From positions 907 through 64,906 of the forward strand of contig DASZEM010000010.1 of the NCBI GenBank assembly GCA_035940855.1: DNA of 64,000 nucleotides. The letters are read 5' to 3'. Numbering within the stretch: position 1 is the first letter of the stretch; every line of letters begins with the position of its first letter. The translations under genes were made by a program, and so were the position numbers. The notes beneath the pieces were generated by a model. The model did not search any database and was not told where the DNA came from. It was given only the letters and a program-made list of their open reading frames with translations. Positions 21,097 through 33,302 of the stretch are shown here, piece after piece. This DNA comes from Thermoanaerobaculia bacterium. GTDB lineage: Bacteria > Acidobacteriota > Thermoanaerobaculia > Multivoradales > UBA5704.

Positions 21097-21193
21097 TCAG
21101 CGCCCGCGCAGCGCCCGGGTGAGCACGCGGTCGAGCTCGGATCGATGACGGTCCCCCGTTTCTCGCGGCGTCGGCGTCGATCCAGAGCTTCAT
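21097..21193 (-). pseudogene. YaiI/YqxD (UPF0178) remnant: first ~10 and last ~13 codons only
   Basis: MKLWIDADAA followed ~30 nt later, in another frame, by ELDRVLTRALRGR*. Confidence 0.6.
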
Positions 21194-21212
21194 CCGGCAG
21201 ACGATCCCAGCT

Positions 21213-22268
21213 TCATGAAACCCCGGGCTCCAGCATCCGGATCGTGCCGGCCGTGGCGTCCACTTCGACCTCGATCCCGATGGGTAGCGTGAACTGCCGG
21301 TCGACGTGGCCGATCATGGCCCCCTGCCAGGCGGGGACGCCCAGCGGGCGCAGGTGGTCCTGGAGCACGTCGGTGACGGTCAGCGAGCCGAAGCCTTCCC
21401 CGGGCTTGCAATCGGTGCAGTTGCCCCAGATCACGGCCCGCGCCTTCCGCAGGATGCCGGCGAGCCGGAGCTGCGTGAGCATCCGGTCGATCCGGTAGGG
21501 CGCTTCCTCCACGTCTTCGAGAAAGAGGATGCAGCCGTCCCAATCCGGCAGATAGCCCGATCCGACGAGGCTGGTCAAGACCGTCAGATTGCCGCCCAGG
21601 AGCCGGCCCCGGGCTCTCCCGGGATGGAGGGTCTGCACGCGGTTTTCGATCACGGTGAGGGCGTCCTCGTCGATCTCCTTCAGGTTTTCGAAGGTGACGG
21701 CCTCTCCCTCCTGGAGCACCCGCTTGACGTAGCCGACGTTGAACGGGTTCCACGGCGAGGTGCCCACGGGACCGTGGAAGGTCACGAGGCCGGTCCTGGC
21801 GTGGAGGGAGAGCAGGAGCGCCGTGATGTCGCTGTAGCCGAGCAGGATCTTGGGGTTTTTCAAAATCATTTGCCAGTCGAGCAGGGGCAGCAGGCGGGCG
21901 CTTCCCCAGCCGCCGCGGACGCAAAGGATGGCCCGCACCTCGGGGTCCGCGAACAGGGCGTTGAGATCGGCGGCGCGCTGCTCGTCGGTGCCGGCGAAGT
22001 AGCCCCGGCGCGCGAGCAGGTTCGCCCCCCGTTTCGTCTTGAAGCCGAGCGCGGCCAGGGACTCGGCCACGATCTCGAGATTGACGGGCTCCCAGAGCGC
22101 GCTGGCCGGGTCCACCAGGCCCACGGTGTCGCCGGGACGGAGGCGGCTGGGGCGGACGGTCCTGGGTCTGGCGCCGTCCGGAGCAAGCGCGGAGAGCGGG
22201 CGGGGGAGAGCGCCGGCGAGCGCCAGGGCGGCAGCGCCGGCGAGGGCCTGGCGACGGGAGGTTTCCAT
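21213..22268 (-). CDS. LD-carboxypeptidase (S66) with Tat signal
   Basis: SRRQAL Tat-like motif; RGGWG, LGYSDIT, GGNL, LFLEDVEE, IGHV. Confidence 0.9.
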   Translation of the reverse strand: METSRRQALAGAAALALAGALPRPLSALAPDGARPRTVRPSRLRPGDTVGLVDPASALWEPVNLEIVAESLAALGFKTKRGANLLARRGYFAGTDEQRAADLNALFADPEVRAILCVRGGWGSARLLPLLDWQMILKNPKILLGYSDITALLLSLHARTGLVTFHGPVGTSPWNPFNVGYVKRVLQEGEAVTFENLKEIDEDALTVIENRVQTLHPGRARGRLLGGNLTVLTSLVGSGYLPDWDGCILFLEDVEEAPYRIDRMLTQLRLAGILRKARAVIWGNCTDCKPGEGFGSLTVTDVLQDHLRPLGVPAWQGAMIGHVDRQFTLPIGIEVEVDATAGTIRMLEPGVS

Positions 22269-22396
22269 GGCAGGGATGCTATCGCATCGGGCACCAAGGC
22301 TTGGCGGAAAGGCTTCCACGCGTCCGTCTCATCCTTCAGCGGCCCGGGACCGGAGGAGCGGATTCTGGGCGTCTGCTCTCGTGGAGGGCTCTGCCA

Positions 22397-24505
22397 ATGA
22401 ACGACGAGGACGGGCTGGGCAAGCGTGAATTCCGGGGCACCGCCCTCGGGGAGTCCCGCGATACTTTTTCCGGGTGGACCTACGTCAAGGCGATTGAGCA
22501 GCGGGAGGCTTTTCGGCAAGCCGCAGCGCCGGCGATGACGCTGCCGAAATGGCAACCGCTGGGGCCGCTCGGAATCTCCGGTGGCCAGACTTCCGGATCG
22601 GGTCCCGGGAGCCGGACGACGGTATCTGGCCGGGTCAGCTCGATCATCGTCGATCCCGACGATGGTCAGCATCTCCTGATCGCGGCGGCTGCGGGTGGCA
22701 TCTGGGAGACCAGGGACGCAGGGTCCACCTGGAAAGCGCGGACTGACGATCAGAGGACGCTCGCCATCGGGGTGCTGGCCTTCGATCCGCGGAGCCCCGA
22801 GGTCATTTACGCGGGAACGGGAGAGGGAAACGGCTACAGCTATCTCGGATCGGGTGTGCTCAAATCCCAGGACGGCGGTACGACTTGGAAGGCCTTGCCC
22901 GGGCGGGAGCTCGACGGGGAGGGGTTCTACGATCTCGTGGTGCTGGGAGAGGGCCGTCTCCTGGGAGCCCTGACCTCCGGTCTCTGGCTCAGCGAGAACG
23001 ATGGGCGGACCTGGTGCCGGGTCCGCGAGCCGGTCACCTGGAGCCTCTCTTTTCAGCGCACAAGCGGCGAGATCCTCGCCGCCTGTCTGGACGGCCTGCA
23101 ACGGTCCGAGGATGGGAAGGATTGGTCCTCCGTCGAGCTTCCCGAAGTTTCCACGCAGTGGGTCCGCATGGCCGTTCACCATTCACCTCAGGGAGAGGGA
23201 GAGATCGCCTATGTGTTCGCCGCGCGGGACGAAGGCGGCGGAAAGAAGGCCTACCTGTGGCGCCGGGAGCCGCCGCCGGATGGGAAATTCCATCCGATCC
23301 GGTTTCCCGCCCTTGACGCCGGCCAGGCCGACTACGACTGGTTCGTGGCCGCGGAGCCTGATTCCGCGAGCGGGGAAACTCTCTATCTGGGAGCCGAGTC
23401 CCTTTTCCGGGGTATCCGTCTGCCGAGCGGGGCGTGGCGATGGGCCAATATCTCGGACCGGATCAACGGCGGCTCGATTCATCTCGATCAGCATGCCATC
23501 GCCTTCGATCCCCAGGCTCCTGGCACGCTCTACGTGGGCAATGACGGGGGCGTATTTCAATCGCGCAACGCGGGGGAGACCTGGAGGCCCCTGAACCGCG
23601 GGCTGGGCATCACCGAAGTCCTGTTCCTGGCGCAGGATCCGCGAGCCGCGGACAGGATCCTGGCCGGAACGCAGGACAACGGTACTCTGCTCTTCGAGGG
23701 CTCCACGGAATGGACCCTGGTGGCGGTCGGAGACGGTGGATATTGCGGCATCCAGCAGGGCTCACCGTATTTCTACTTCCATGGCTTCACACGGATGAGG
23801 ATCGAGCGCTCGGGGAAAGACGGTGCCCGCGAGACCTGGGAACCCATCGGGCTGGACCGGCCAGAGCCTTATCGCTCGTTTTTCCATGCCCCCATGGAAG
23901 TCTTGGGAGAGGTTGTCGTCCAGGCTGGTGAGACGGTCCTGATCTCGCAGGATTCGGGAAACACCTGGACGGAGCTTTCCCTGCTCGACGGGGTGGGCCG
24001 CGTGTCGGCGATCGCGATCGGAAACTCAGGGAGGATCCTGGTGGGGACCGAGTCGGGAGATGTCTACAGGATTGACGTGGGCTTCGGCTTCGGCCAGTGG
24101 GAGACCCCGTTTCCCGTGACTTCTCCCCGGGCCGGATTCATCAGCTCCATCCTGATCGATTCAAACGATCTGAATCGCTTGTGGGTGACCTATTCCGATA
24201 TTCCTGGGCCTGGGCAGGGACAGATCTTCCGCTCGAGATCCGGAGGCGGGGATTGGGAAGACGTCAGCATCCCGAATCTCGATGTCGCCGTCAACGTGAT
24301 CCGAAACGATCCGGGTAACTCGGAGATCCTTTATGCCGGGACGGATCTGGGAGTGTTCCGGTCCCCGGATGGCGGTGACACCTGGGAAGATTTCAACAAC
24401 GGCTTGCCGAACGTGATCGTCGGAGACCTTGCCATTCACGGTCCGACCCGGCTCCTGCGTGCCGCCACCGTGAGCCGCGGAGTCTGGGAGACCACGCTGC
24501 CTTGA
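22397..24505 (+). CDS. BNR/Asp-box repeat beta-propeller protein
   Basis: Repeated SxDGGxTW boxes, SGRV, YAGTGE, GNDGG, GTQDNG; no clear signal peptide. Confidence 0.8.
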   Translation: MNDEDGLGKREFRGTALGESRDTFSGWTYVKAIEQREAFRQAAAPAMTLPKWQPLGPLGISGGQTSGSGPGSRTTVSGRVSSIIVDPDDGQHLLIAAAAGGIWETRDAGSTWKARTDDQRTLAIGVLAFDPRSPEVIYAGTGEGNGYSYLGSGVLKSQDGGTTWKALPGRELDGEGFYDLVVLGEGRLLGALTSGLWLSENDGRTWCRVREPVTWSLSFQRTSGEILAACLDGLQRSEDGKDWSSVELPEVSTQWVRMAVHHSPQGEGEIAYVFAARDEGGGKKAYLWRREPPPDGKFHPIRFPALDAGQADYDWFVAAEPDSASGETLYLGAESLFRGIRLPSGAWRWANISDRINGGSIHLDQHAIAFDPQAPGTLYVGNDGGVFQSRNAGETWRPLNRGLGITEVLFLAQDPRAADRILAGTQDNGTLLFEGSTEWTLVAVGDGGYCGIQQGSPYFYFHGFTRMRIERSGKDGARETWEPIGLDRPEPYRSFFHAPMEVLGEVVVQAGETVLISQDSGNTWTELSLLDGVGRVSAIAIGNSGRILVGTESGDVYRIDVGFGFGQWETPFPVTSPRAGFISSILIDSNDLNRLWVTYSDIPGPGQGQIFRSRSGGGDWEDVSIPNLDVAVNVIRNDPGNSEILYAGTDLGVFRSPDGGDTWEDFNNGLPNVIVGDLAIHGPTRLLRAATVSRGVWETTLP

Positions 24506-24642
24506 GCCGATGAGTCAGCCAAGACAGCCTCTGGGATGTAGGGCTGGCCGACGAGGCCGTCTACACGCGGGCGGCGTAGAGCCCAGGGCGGCCACAGAAG
24601 ACCGCCCTGGGGAGAAGCAATCCGCGAAGGCCTGGCAAGTGA

Positions 24643-26352
24643 TCAGAGGGCACCGGGACAGGCCGGGGTCGTGTAGTTGATGGCGTTGAATTGGAGAATG
24701 TCGCGCGCCGGGCAGGCGTCGTGCGAGGGCCAATAGGCGCTCCACCACTGCGCGAAGTTGCTGTCGCTCTGGGAGTAGGTGGTGTGCCAGATGTGCTGGA
24801 TGCCGTCGCTGAGGCGGTCGGCGGGGCCGCTGGCCGGTCCGTCGTTCGCGGAATCGTAGAAGTCGCCCATGGAGGCGGCCACGTTCCCTTCCACCTGGTC
24901 GCCGGCGTCGTAGGTACCGCCATCCCGCGTCTCCAGATTGGTGGAAGCGCCGCCGGGCCAGTTGAAGATCGGGCCGTCGTTGGCGGCTGAAGAGTCGCCA
25001 TCGTAAAACTGATTGCTGTACCAGGCCCAGAAGTCGGCGAAGCCTTCCGACAGGGCGCAGCCGGCGCCGCTGACCCGGTTGATGAAATGGTCGCGCGGGC
25101 AGTCACCGGTGGTCCAGTTGGGGGAGTATCCCGCCCACAGGTTGGACATCACGGCGTGCCCGTACTCATGGGTCACGACGTCGGCCGACTGCTGGTTGGG
25201 CGGTTCGATGCTGATCCAGGGGTCCCGGCCGGGGATATGGGCGTGGGTGCCATGGCCGGCGGGCACGGGATAGGTGATACGGGCCGGGCCCGGATTGCTT
25301 GATCCGGCCGGATGGACGAAATCAAAATAGATGCGCTTCCAGGAACGGATCAGGTCCTGCTCCATCTGGTGGGCACCCAGCCAGGGCTCGCCCGAGGCGG
25401 TGGAGACGATCCAGGTTCCGACGTCACAGGTTGAGCCGCTGGGGCAACTGATCTCGCCCGTCTGAACGGGATAGGAGCAGTCGACCGAATCGCTGCCGCA
25501 GCCGCCAGGGATTTCGATCCCCTGGAAGACCCCGAGCCGGGTGGGGCCGGGAGTGAAGCTCGTCCAGGAGCGGACCCAGACACGCAAAGTCGTGCCAGGA
25601 TGGGTAAAGGAGCAGGAGAAGGTGCCATCCGAGGCGGTATAGCAGTAAACCCGCGGGCTCAGGGCACCGCCATCCCCGCGGCGGATTTCGATCACTTGCT
25701 GGTCGACGTTCAAGAAGGTCCCGCTGCGGTCGGCGAATTGCCATCTGCCATTGAGGGTGACGGTGCCCGCGGCCAGCGAGGTTCGTGACGAACCCGGCGC
25801 GGCCCGCTCCGGCAAGGCCGCGGGAGGGTTGGCCGGCACGCCGGGCTCGCCGCGCGGGAACCTCGTGGGTCCGAACGACAAGGGCTGCGTGTCGCCGGGC
25901 CGGACCAGTTGGCCGACGGGTACGAAGTCCATCCTCCATCCCCGGTGGCTCCGCTCCGCGCCGATGTGGAGGGGGATCGCTTTCATGTCTCCCCAAGCCG
26001 TGCCCTGGCCCGTGGGCCGGATGGCACGGGCCTGGAGCGCAATGTTCCCTATCGGCCCGGTCGCCGTCCAGCGGGTGCTCAGGACGACGGTGGAGCCGGC
26101 TTCGAGGTCCACCGTCCACTTCGTCTGGTCGGCGATGACGCCTTCGGGAAGAACGAGCTCGACCACGGTGCCGGGGGCGTCGGCGACGCTGCTGACGCGG
26201 ATCGTCACCGTGCTTGGTACGAAGGGTCTGGGAGGATCCGGGGTTTCGATTTCAAGGGTGATCGGAGTTCTTGGAGGCGTAGCCAGGGTCGCCAGGGGCA
26301 ACAGAAGAGCTACCAAGAGGGATACGACCAAGCTCTGCCCAAAGACACGCAT
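24643..26352 (-). CDS. secreted zinc metalloprotease (gluzincin-like)
   Basis: Signal peptide; HEYGH plus downstream SEGFADF third ligand. Confidence 0.75.
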   Translation of the reverse strand: MRVFGQSLVVSLLVALLLPLATLATPPRTPITLEIETPDPPRPFVPSTVTIRVSSVADAPGTVVELVLPEGVIADQTKWTVDLEAGSTVVLSTRWTATGPIGNIALQARAIRPTGQGTAWGDMKAIPLHIGAERSHRGWRMDFVPVGQLVRPGDTQPLSFGPTRFPRGEPGVPANPPAALPERAAPGSSRTSLAAGTVTLNGRWQFADRSGTFLNVDQQVIEIRRGDGGALSPRVYCYTASDGTFSCSFTHPGTTLRVWVRSWTSFTPGPTRLGVFQGIEIPGGCGSDSVDCSYPVQTGEISCPSGSTCDVGTWIVSTASGEPWLGAHQMEQDLIRSWKRIYFDFVHPAGSSNPGPARITYPVPAGHGTHAHIPGRDPWISIEPPNQQSADVVTHEYGHAVMSNLWAGYSPNWTTGDCPRDHFINRVSGAGCALSEGFADFWAWYSNQFYDGDSSAANDGPIFNWPGGASTNLETRDGGTYDAGDQVEGNVAASMGDFYDSANDGPASGPADRLSDGIQHIWHTTYSQSDSNFAQWWSAYWPSHDACPARDILQFNAINYTTPACPGAL

Positions 26353-26501
26353 AAGTGATTCCTCGCTTTCTCCTCCACGCGGAGGCTCGAAGGGATCTTT
26401 TCCCTCATACTAAAAGGTGCATAAAGGACGTTCGGGCGAGCCGGGGCTTTACCGCTTGCCTGACAGTTGCAGGTGACAACCATCCGTGCTAGGCTCTTCC
26501 C

Positions 26502-27008
26502 GTGAGCAAGGCAAGCGCCCTTCCCATCGCCAGCGATGTGGCCGCCGATCCCCTCCTGGAGCGGGACGCGGAGGAGCTGTATACGGCCCTTTCGGACCTG
26601 GTCCGCGTCTACGAGTCGCGCGACCGCGACCGGATCTGCTGCTATGACGTCTCCGTCTCCCAGTGCTATGCCCTGGAGACGCTCGTGCGGCGGGGCGGGA
26701 TGACCTTGAACGACCTCGCGGCTCAGCTCTACCTCGACAAGAGCACGGCGAGCCGGGTGGTGGACGCCCTGGAGCGCAAGGGCTACGTGACCCGGCTGCC
26801 CCATCCGCAGGACCGCCGGGCCGTGCTCCTCGAAGCCACCGGGGCCGGCCGGGAGCTGGAAGGCAAGATCCGGGACTCGATCCTGGCCCAGGAGCGGGAG
26901 CTCCTCGCCGGCTTCGCTCCCGAGGTCCGCCAGGCCATGACCCAGCTCCTGCGCCAGTTGGCCCGCGCCGCGGCTTCCAATAATGGGAGCTGCTGCTCAA
27001 CGCCGTGA
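26502..27008 (+). CDS. MarR-family regulator with vicinal Cys pairs
   Basis: LAAQLYLDKSTASRVVDALERKGYV..DRRAV; ICCYDVSVSQC and C-terminal SCC. Confidence 0.88.
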   Translation: MSKASALPIASDVAADPLLERDAEELYTALSDLVRVYESRDRDRICCYDVSVSQCYALETLVRRGGMTLNDLAAQLYLDKSTASRVVDALERKGYVTRLPHPQDRRAVLLEATGAGRELEGKIRDSILAQERELLAGFAPEVRQAMTQLLRQLARAAASNNGSCCSTP

Positions 27009-27062
27009 GCCGGCGGTTTTTTTAACCTGATAGTTGCTAGTGACAACAGAAAGGAGTCTCTC

Positions 27063-27917
27063 ATGAACACTCAGTCTTCCGAAGACGTCCAGCCCCTCGA
27101 TCCCGCGGCCTTGCGCGAAGTGGTCCAGGCGAAATATGGCGAGGCGGCGCGCAACGTCCGGCAGGGCACGGCTTCGTCATGCTGTGGCAGCGAATGTTGC
27201 GGGACCTCCAGTCGGGATCCGATCACCTCGGACCTCTATAACGAAAAACAGACCGCGGGGCTGCCCGCCGAAGCGGTCCTCGCGTCCCTGGGCTGCGGCA
27301 ATCCCACCATGCTGGCGTCGCTCCAGCCGGGCGAGACGGTCCTCGACCTCGGCTCGGGCGGCGGCATCGACGTGCTGCTCTCGGCGCAGCGCGTGGGGCC
27401 TTCCGGCAAGGCGTACGGCCTTGACATGACCGAGGAGATGCTGGCCCTCGCGCGGGAGAACCAGCGCCGGGCAGGCGTCGAAAACGTCGAGTTCCTGAAG
27501 GGAGAAATCGAGGCCATTCCGCTGCCCGGCGGCGCGGTGGACGTGGTGATCTCCAATTGCGTGATCAATCTCTCGGCCGACAAGCGGCAGGTGCTGGCGG
27601 AAGCCTTCCGCGTGCTCCGGCCGGGCGGCCGTTTCGCCGTTTCGGACGTCGTCGTCCGCGGCGAGGTGCCGGAGGCCCTGCGGCGCAGCGTGGAGCTCTG
27701 GATCGGCTGCGTCGCCGGTGCCCTGGAAGAATCGGATTACCGGCGGCTCCTCGCCGAGGTGGGTTTCGAAGACGTCGAGGTCGAGCCGACGCGGATCTAC
27801 ACGGCCGAGGACGCTCGTGAATTCCTCGAAGGGGTCGGGATGGATCCCGCCACGATCGCCGGCGAGGTGGACGGCAAATTCATGAGCGCCTTCGTGCGTG
27901 CCCGCAAGCCACGATAG
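27063..27917 (+). CDS. arsM: arsenite S-adenosylmethionine methyltransferase
   Basis: SLGCGNP, VLDLGSGGGID, ISNCVINL, WIGCVAGAL, N-terminal CCG..CCG. Confidence 0.92.
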   Translation: MNTQSSEDVQPLDPAALREVVQAKYGEAARNVRQGTASSCCGSECCGTSSRDPITSDLYNEKQTAGLPAEAVLASLGCGNPTMLASLQPGETVLDLGSGGGIDVLLSAQRVGPSGKAYGLDMTEEMLALARENQRRAGVENVEFLKGEIEAIPLPGGAVDVVISNCVINLSADKRQVLAEAFRVLRPGGRFAVSDVVVRGEVPEALRRSVELWIGCVAGALEESDYRRLLAEVGFEDVEVEPTRIYTAEDAREFLEGVGMDPATIAGEVDGKFMSAFVRARKPR

Positions 27918-27938
27918 ATCGGATCGTGGATCGTCTGA

Positions 27939-27966
27939 GTAGGGCGGCCCGGGAGGGCCGCCCTAC
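27939..27966. repeat. GTAG-type REP hairpin / bidirectional terminator between convergent genes
   Basis: gtagggcggccc ggga gggccgccctac, perfect 12-bp stem. Confidence 0.65.
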
Positions 27967-27982
27967 GGGAATCTGTTCTCGC

Positions 27983-28971
27983 TCACCCCCGCAAATTCAC
28001 GAACTCCCACCCGAACCGGCCCTTGATGCACAGGTGGCCGCGGGTGACGTCGTGATCGACGGGCGAGGTGACCTTGACGATCTTTTCGTCCTGCACGTGG
28101 ACGGTGAGCGTGCAGCCGACGCCGCAGTAGGCGCAGATGGTGTCCGTCCTGGTCTGGCGGGACTCGTCCCAGGTGCCGGCCTGGCGCATGTCGTGCTCGC
28201 TCTTGAACATCAGCGCGCCCGTGGGACAGACGCCGATGCAGTTGCCGCAGTAGACGCAGGCCGAGTGGGGGAGGGGGACGTCGTATTCCGTGGAAACGCG
28301 GGCGTCGAAGCCGCGGCCCGCGATGGCGATGGCGAAGGTGTTCTGGGCGTCCTCGCCGCACGCCTCGACGCACTTGTAGCAGACGATGCACTTCGAGTAA
28401 TCGCGGACGTAGAGGTCATTGTCCACCTTGACCGGCTGGAGCACGTTCGCCGCGGTAATAGCGCCATCGGGATGAGGCGGATGGTGGTGGCCGGGCCGGG
28501 CCGCGTCGCGCTCGCCGGGGAGGGCGGGCGGCGCGGGCGGACCGAAACGCTCAGGCCGGGCCTCGTAGCGGTCCATGTAATCCAGGAGCTGCGGGGCCGT
28601 GGAGACGTCCACGGAAGAGGCCAGCAGCTCCAGCACCAGCCGGCGGGAGAGGCGCACGCGCTCGGAATCCGTGTGGACCACCATGCCCGGCTCGGCCTTG
28701 CGCGAGCAGGCCGGCACCAGGGTGCGCGAGCCTTCCACCTCCACCACGCAGACGCGGCAGACGTTGACCGGCGTCAGGTTCTCCAGATAGCAGAGCGTGG
28801 GCGTATCGATCCCTACCTGCCGCGCCGCTTCGAGCAGCGTGGCCCCTTCCGGAACGGCGACGCTCTGGCCGTCGAGCGTGATCTCCACCATGTTGCGGGG
28901 CCGGGGTGGAGGCGCCACCGGCACAGGCCCGCGCGGCACGGGAATGTAGGGATCAGGACCGTTCTCGGGAT

Positions 28972-28975
<4 letters not shown>
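27983..28975 (-). CDS. Fe-S subunit corresponding to the N-terminal part of FDH alpha/NuoG
   Basis: TLCY..CRVCVV..ACS (2Fe-2S), CIVCYKCVEAC, CVYCGNCIGVCP, CAYCGVGC..HLCIKGRFG. Confidence 0.85.
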
Positions 28976-30753
<1,778 letters not shown>

Positions 30754-30770
30754 TCAGGTCAGATCTCCAT

Positions 30771-32741
30771 TCAGACCGGCACCGGAACGGACGCCGCCTC
30801 CGATGTCTCCAGGGTCGCCGCCACGGGAGCGGCGATCCGCTCGATCCGCACGGCGGCGGCCTTGAACTCCGAGGTGCCGGATTGCGGGTCCACGGCGTCC
30901 ACGGTCAGCTCGTTGGTCGCCACCTGGTCGGGGAAGTGGAAGGTCATGAACGCGAGCCCCGGCCGCAGTCCCTCGTCGAACCGCGCGGGCGCCAGTACCG
31001 AGCCGCGCCGGGAGATCACGCGCACCGTCTCGCCCGGCCTCACGCCCAGCCGGCGGCCGTCTTCCGGCGAGAGGTCGACCGTCTCGCCCCGGCGCATGGG
31101 GGAGGAGAAGAGCCCCGTCTGCACGCCCGTGTTGTACGAGTCCAGCCGGCGGCCCGTGGTGAGGCGGATGGGGAACTCCTCCGAGAGGTCCTCCACCGGC
31201 GGCTCGTGGTGCACGCAGGCGAACGGCGCCCGCGGACCGATCACGGGCCGCGCCCACAGCCGGCCATGCAGATAGCTCTCGCCCGGATGCGATTCGTCGT
31301 AGCACGGCCACTGGAGGCCGTCCAGCTCCTCCAGCCGCCGGTAGGACATGCCGGCGTGCGCGGGGCTCAGCGTCCGCAACTCGTTCCAGAGGTCCTCGGC
31401 CGTGGGGTTGCCCAGATCCCGGCCCATGCGGCGGGCGAGCTCGCAGAGGATCTCGATGTCGTCCCGCACGCCTGGCGGCGGCGGCAGGGCGCGGCGCACG
31501 CGCTGGACGCGGCGCTCGCTGTTGGTCACCGTCCCTTCCGACTCGCACCAGCCCGCGGCCGCGGGCAGCACCACGTCGGCCAGCTCGGCCGTGGCCGTCA
31601 TCACCATGTCCTGCACCACCAGGGTCTCGAGCCCTTGGAGCAGGTGGATGGCGCGGTGCTGGTCCGCCTCGGAGTTGGCCGGGTTCTCGCCGATGACGTA
31701 GAGGGCCGTCAGATCGCCGCGCTCCATGGCCTCGAACATCCCGCTCAGGTGCCAGCCCTTTTTCGGCGGGACGGGGGCGCCCCAGGCCCGCTCGAACCTG
31801 GCCCGCAGCTCGGCGTTCTCCACGTGCTGGAAGCCGGGCAGCCGGTCGGGCAGGGCGCCCATGTCGCCGCCGCCCTGCACGTTGTTCTGCCCGCGCAGGG
31901 GATTGACCCCCGAGCCGTAGCGCCCCACGTGGCCCGTCAGCAGGGCCAGATTGATGAGGGCGCGCACGTTGTCAACCGCGTTGTGGTGCTCGGTGATGCC
32001 GAGCGTCCAGCAGAGCTGAGCCCGGTCGGCGCGGGCGTAGGCGTGGGCCAGCTCGCGGATGACCTGCGCCCGCACCCCCGTGACCTCCTCGGCGTACTCC
32101 AGGGTGAAGGGCTCCACGTGCCGGGCGAGCTCCTCGAAGCCGCTGGTCGCGTTCTCGATGAAGCTCCGGTTTTCCAGGCCCGCCGCCAGGATCTCCCGCG
32201 CCACGGCGTTCGCCAGGGCGATGTCCGTCCCTACATGGAGAGGGAGGTGCCGCGCCGCCCACTGGGCGGACGACGTCCGCCGCGGGTCCACCACGAACAG
32301 CCGGGCGCCGTTGTGGATCCCCTTGAGCACGTGATGGAAGAAGATCGGATGCGTCTCCCGGGCATTGCTGCCCCAGAGGATGACGAGGTCCGTCTCCTCC
32401 ATCTCCCGGTAGGAGCTGGTGCCGCCGCCCATTCCGAAGACCGTCGCCAGACCGACGACGCTAGGGGCGTGTCACGTCCGGTTGCAGCTGTCGATGTTGT
32501 TGCTCCCGACCACCACGCGGGCGAACTTCTGGGCCAGGAAGTTCATCTCGTTGGTGGTCTTGGAACAACTGAAGAGGCCGAACGTCTGGGGCCCCTTCTT
32601 CTCGACGGCCGAGCGGAATCCGGCCGCGGCGCGGTCCAGGGCCTCGTCCCAGGTGGCGGGCCGCAGGGCGCCACCATCGCGGACATCGCGGACATCGCGG
32701 ACGAGAGGGGTGCTGAGCCGGGTGGTGTTGGGTTTGCGCAT
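30771..32741 (-). CDS. selenocysteine-containing molybdopterin catalytic subunit, formate-dehydrogenase-like (UGA at 32472-32474 read as Sec)
   Basis: NNIDSCNRT-U-HAPSV matches FdhF NNVDCCARV-U-HGPSV; both ORF halves are in frame; PLRGQNNVQG; SECIS present. Confidence 0.88.
32442..32460 (-). promoter_or_regulatory. bacterial SECIS element
   Basis: CGUCGUC-GGUCU-GGCGACG stem-loop starting 11 nt after the UGA, with the GGUCU(G) segment seen in the E. coli fdhF SECIS. Confidence 0.8.
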
Positions 32742-32908
32742 GGCGTCCTCCAAAGTCTCCTGGAGTATATCGCGCCGCGCGGGGAGATCGCCTCGGCTCA
32801 AAGAATGGCGTCCTGCCGTAGGCAAACAGGTTCACTCTTAGAGCTAGGGGATTATGGGACCCGGCTAATTCCAGCCGCTCAGGTGCCTGGCCCCGGAAAG
32901 GACGTGCT

Positions 32909-33175
32909 ATGCACCGCTCTGTAGCCCGTCGTGTAGTGGTTCTGGCTCTAGCCTCCTCTGCCCTTGCGCTACCGGCTGTGGCACAGCCGAGCCCCGAGCA
33001 GGGAGTCTACCCGGACCGGATCATCTCCTCTTTCTGGGAGCGTCTTGGCGCCCCTGTGGTTTCCCTGTGGGAGAAAGTGGGATCGGGCCTTGATCCGCTT
33101 GGGGCGCCTACAACTTCTGCCCCGACTCCACCCCCTCCGACGGATGGCAGGGGCATGATCGACCCAGACGGCTAG
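32909..33175 (+). CDS. small secreted peptide with two [LI]DPxG repeats
   Basis: RBS ggaaagga; Sec signal ending AVA; KVGSGLDPLG and C-terminal DGRGMIDPDG. Confidence 0.7.
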   Translation: MHRSVARRVVVLALASSALALPAVAQPSPEQGVYPDRIISSFWERLGAPVVSLWEKVGSGLDPLGAPTTSAPTPPPPTDGRGMIDPDG

Positions 33176-33184
33176 CCTCACTCC

Positions 33185-33220
33185 GGGGGTGCCGAGTTAC
33201 GCAACTGGCACCCCCGCCTT
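33185..33220 (+). terminator. intrinsic terminator-like hairpin after the peptide gene
   Basis: gggggtgcc..ggcaccccc stem followed by gcctttt. Confidence 0.6.
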
Positions 33221-33302
33221 TACGCCCTTGCATGTCTCCTGTACCTGCTCTACAGTAGGATTCTCTTAGAGACGATTACCCATAGCCGGGGAGGGATAGG
33301 AC

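Noticed and set aside
32472-32474. Premature stop suggesting an FDH pseudogene
   Set aside because: The UGA is at the catalytic Sec position and a SECIS follows
32815-32890. c-di-GMP-I riboswitch (GGCAAAC) upstream of the peptide gene
   Set aside because: Lacks the GACGCAAAG/P3 elements; no convincing pairing
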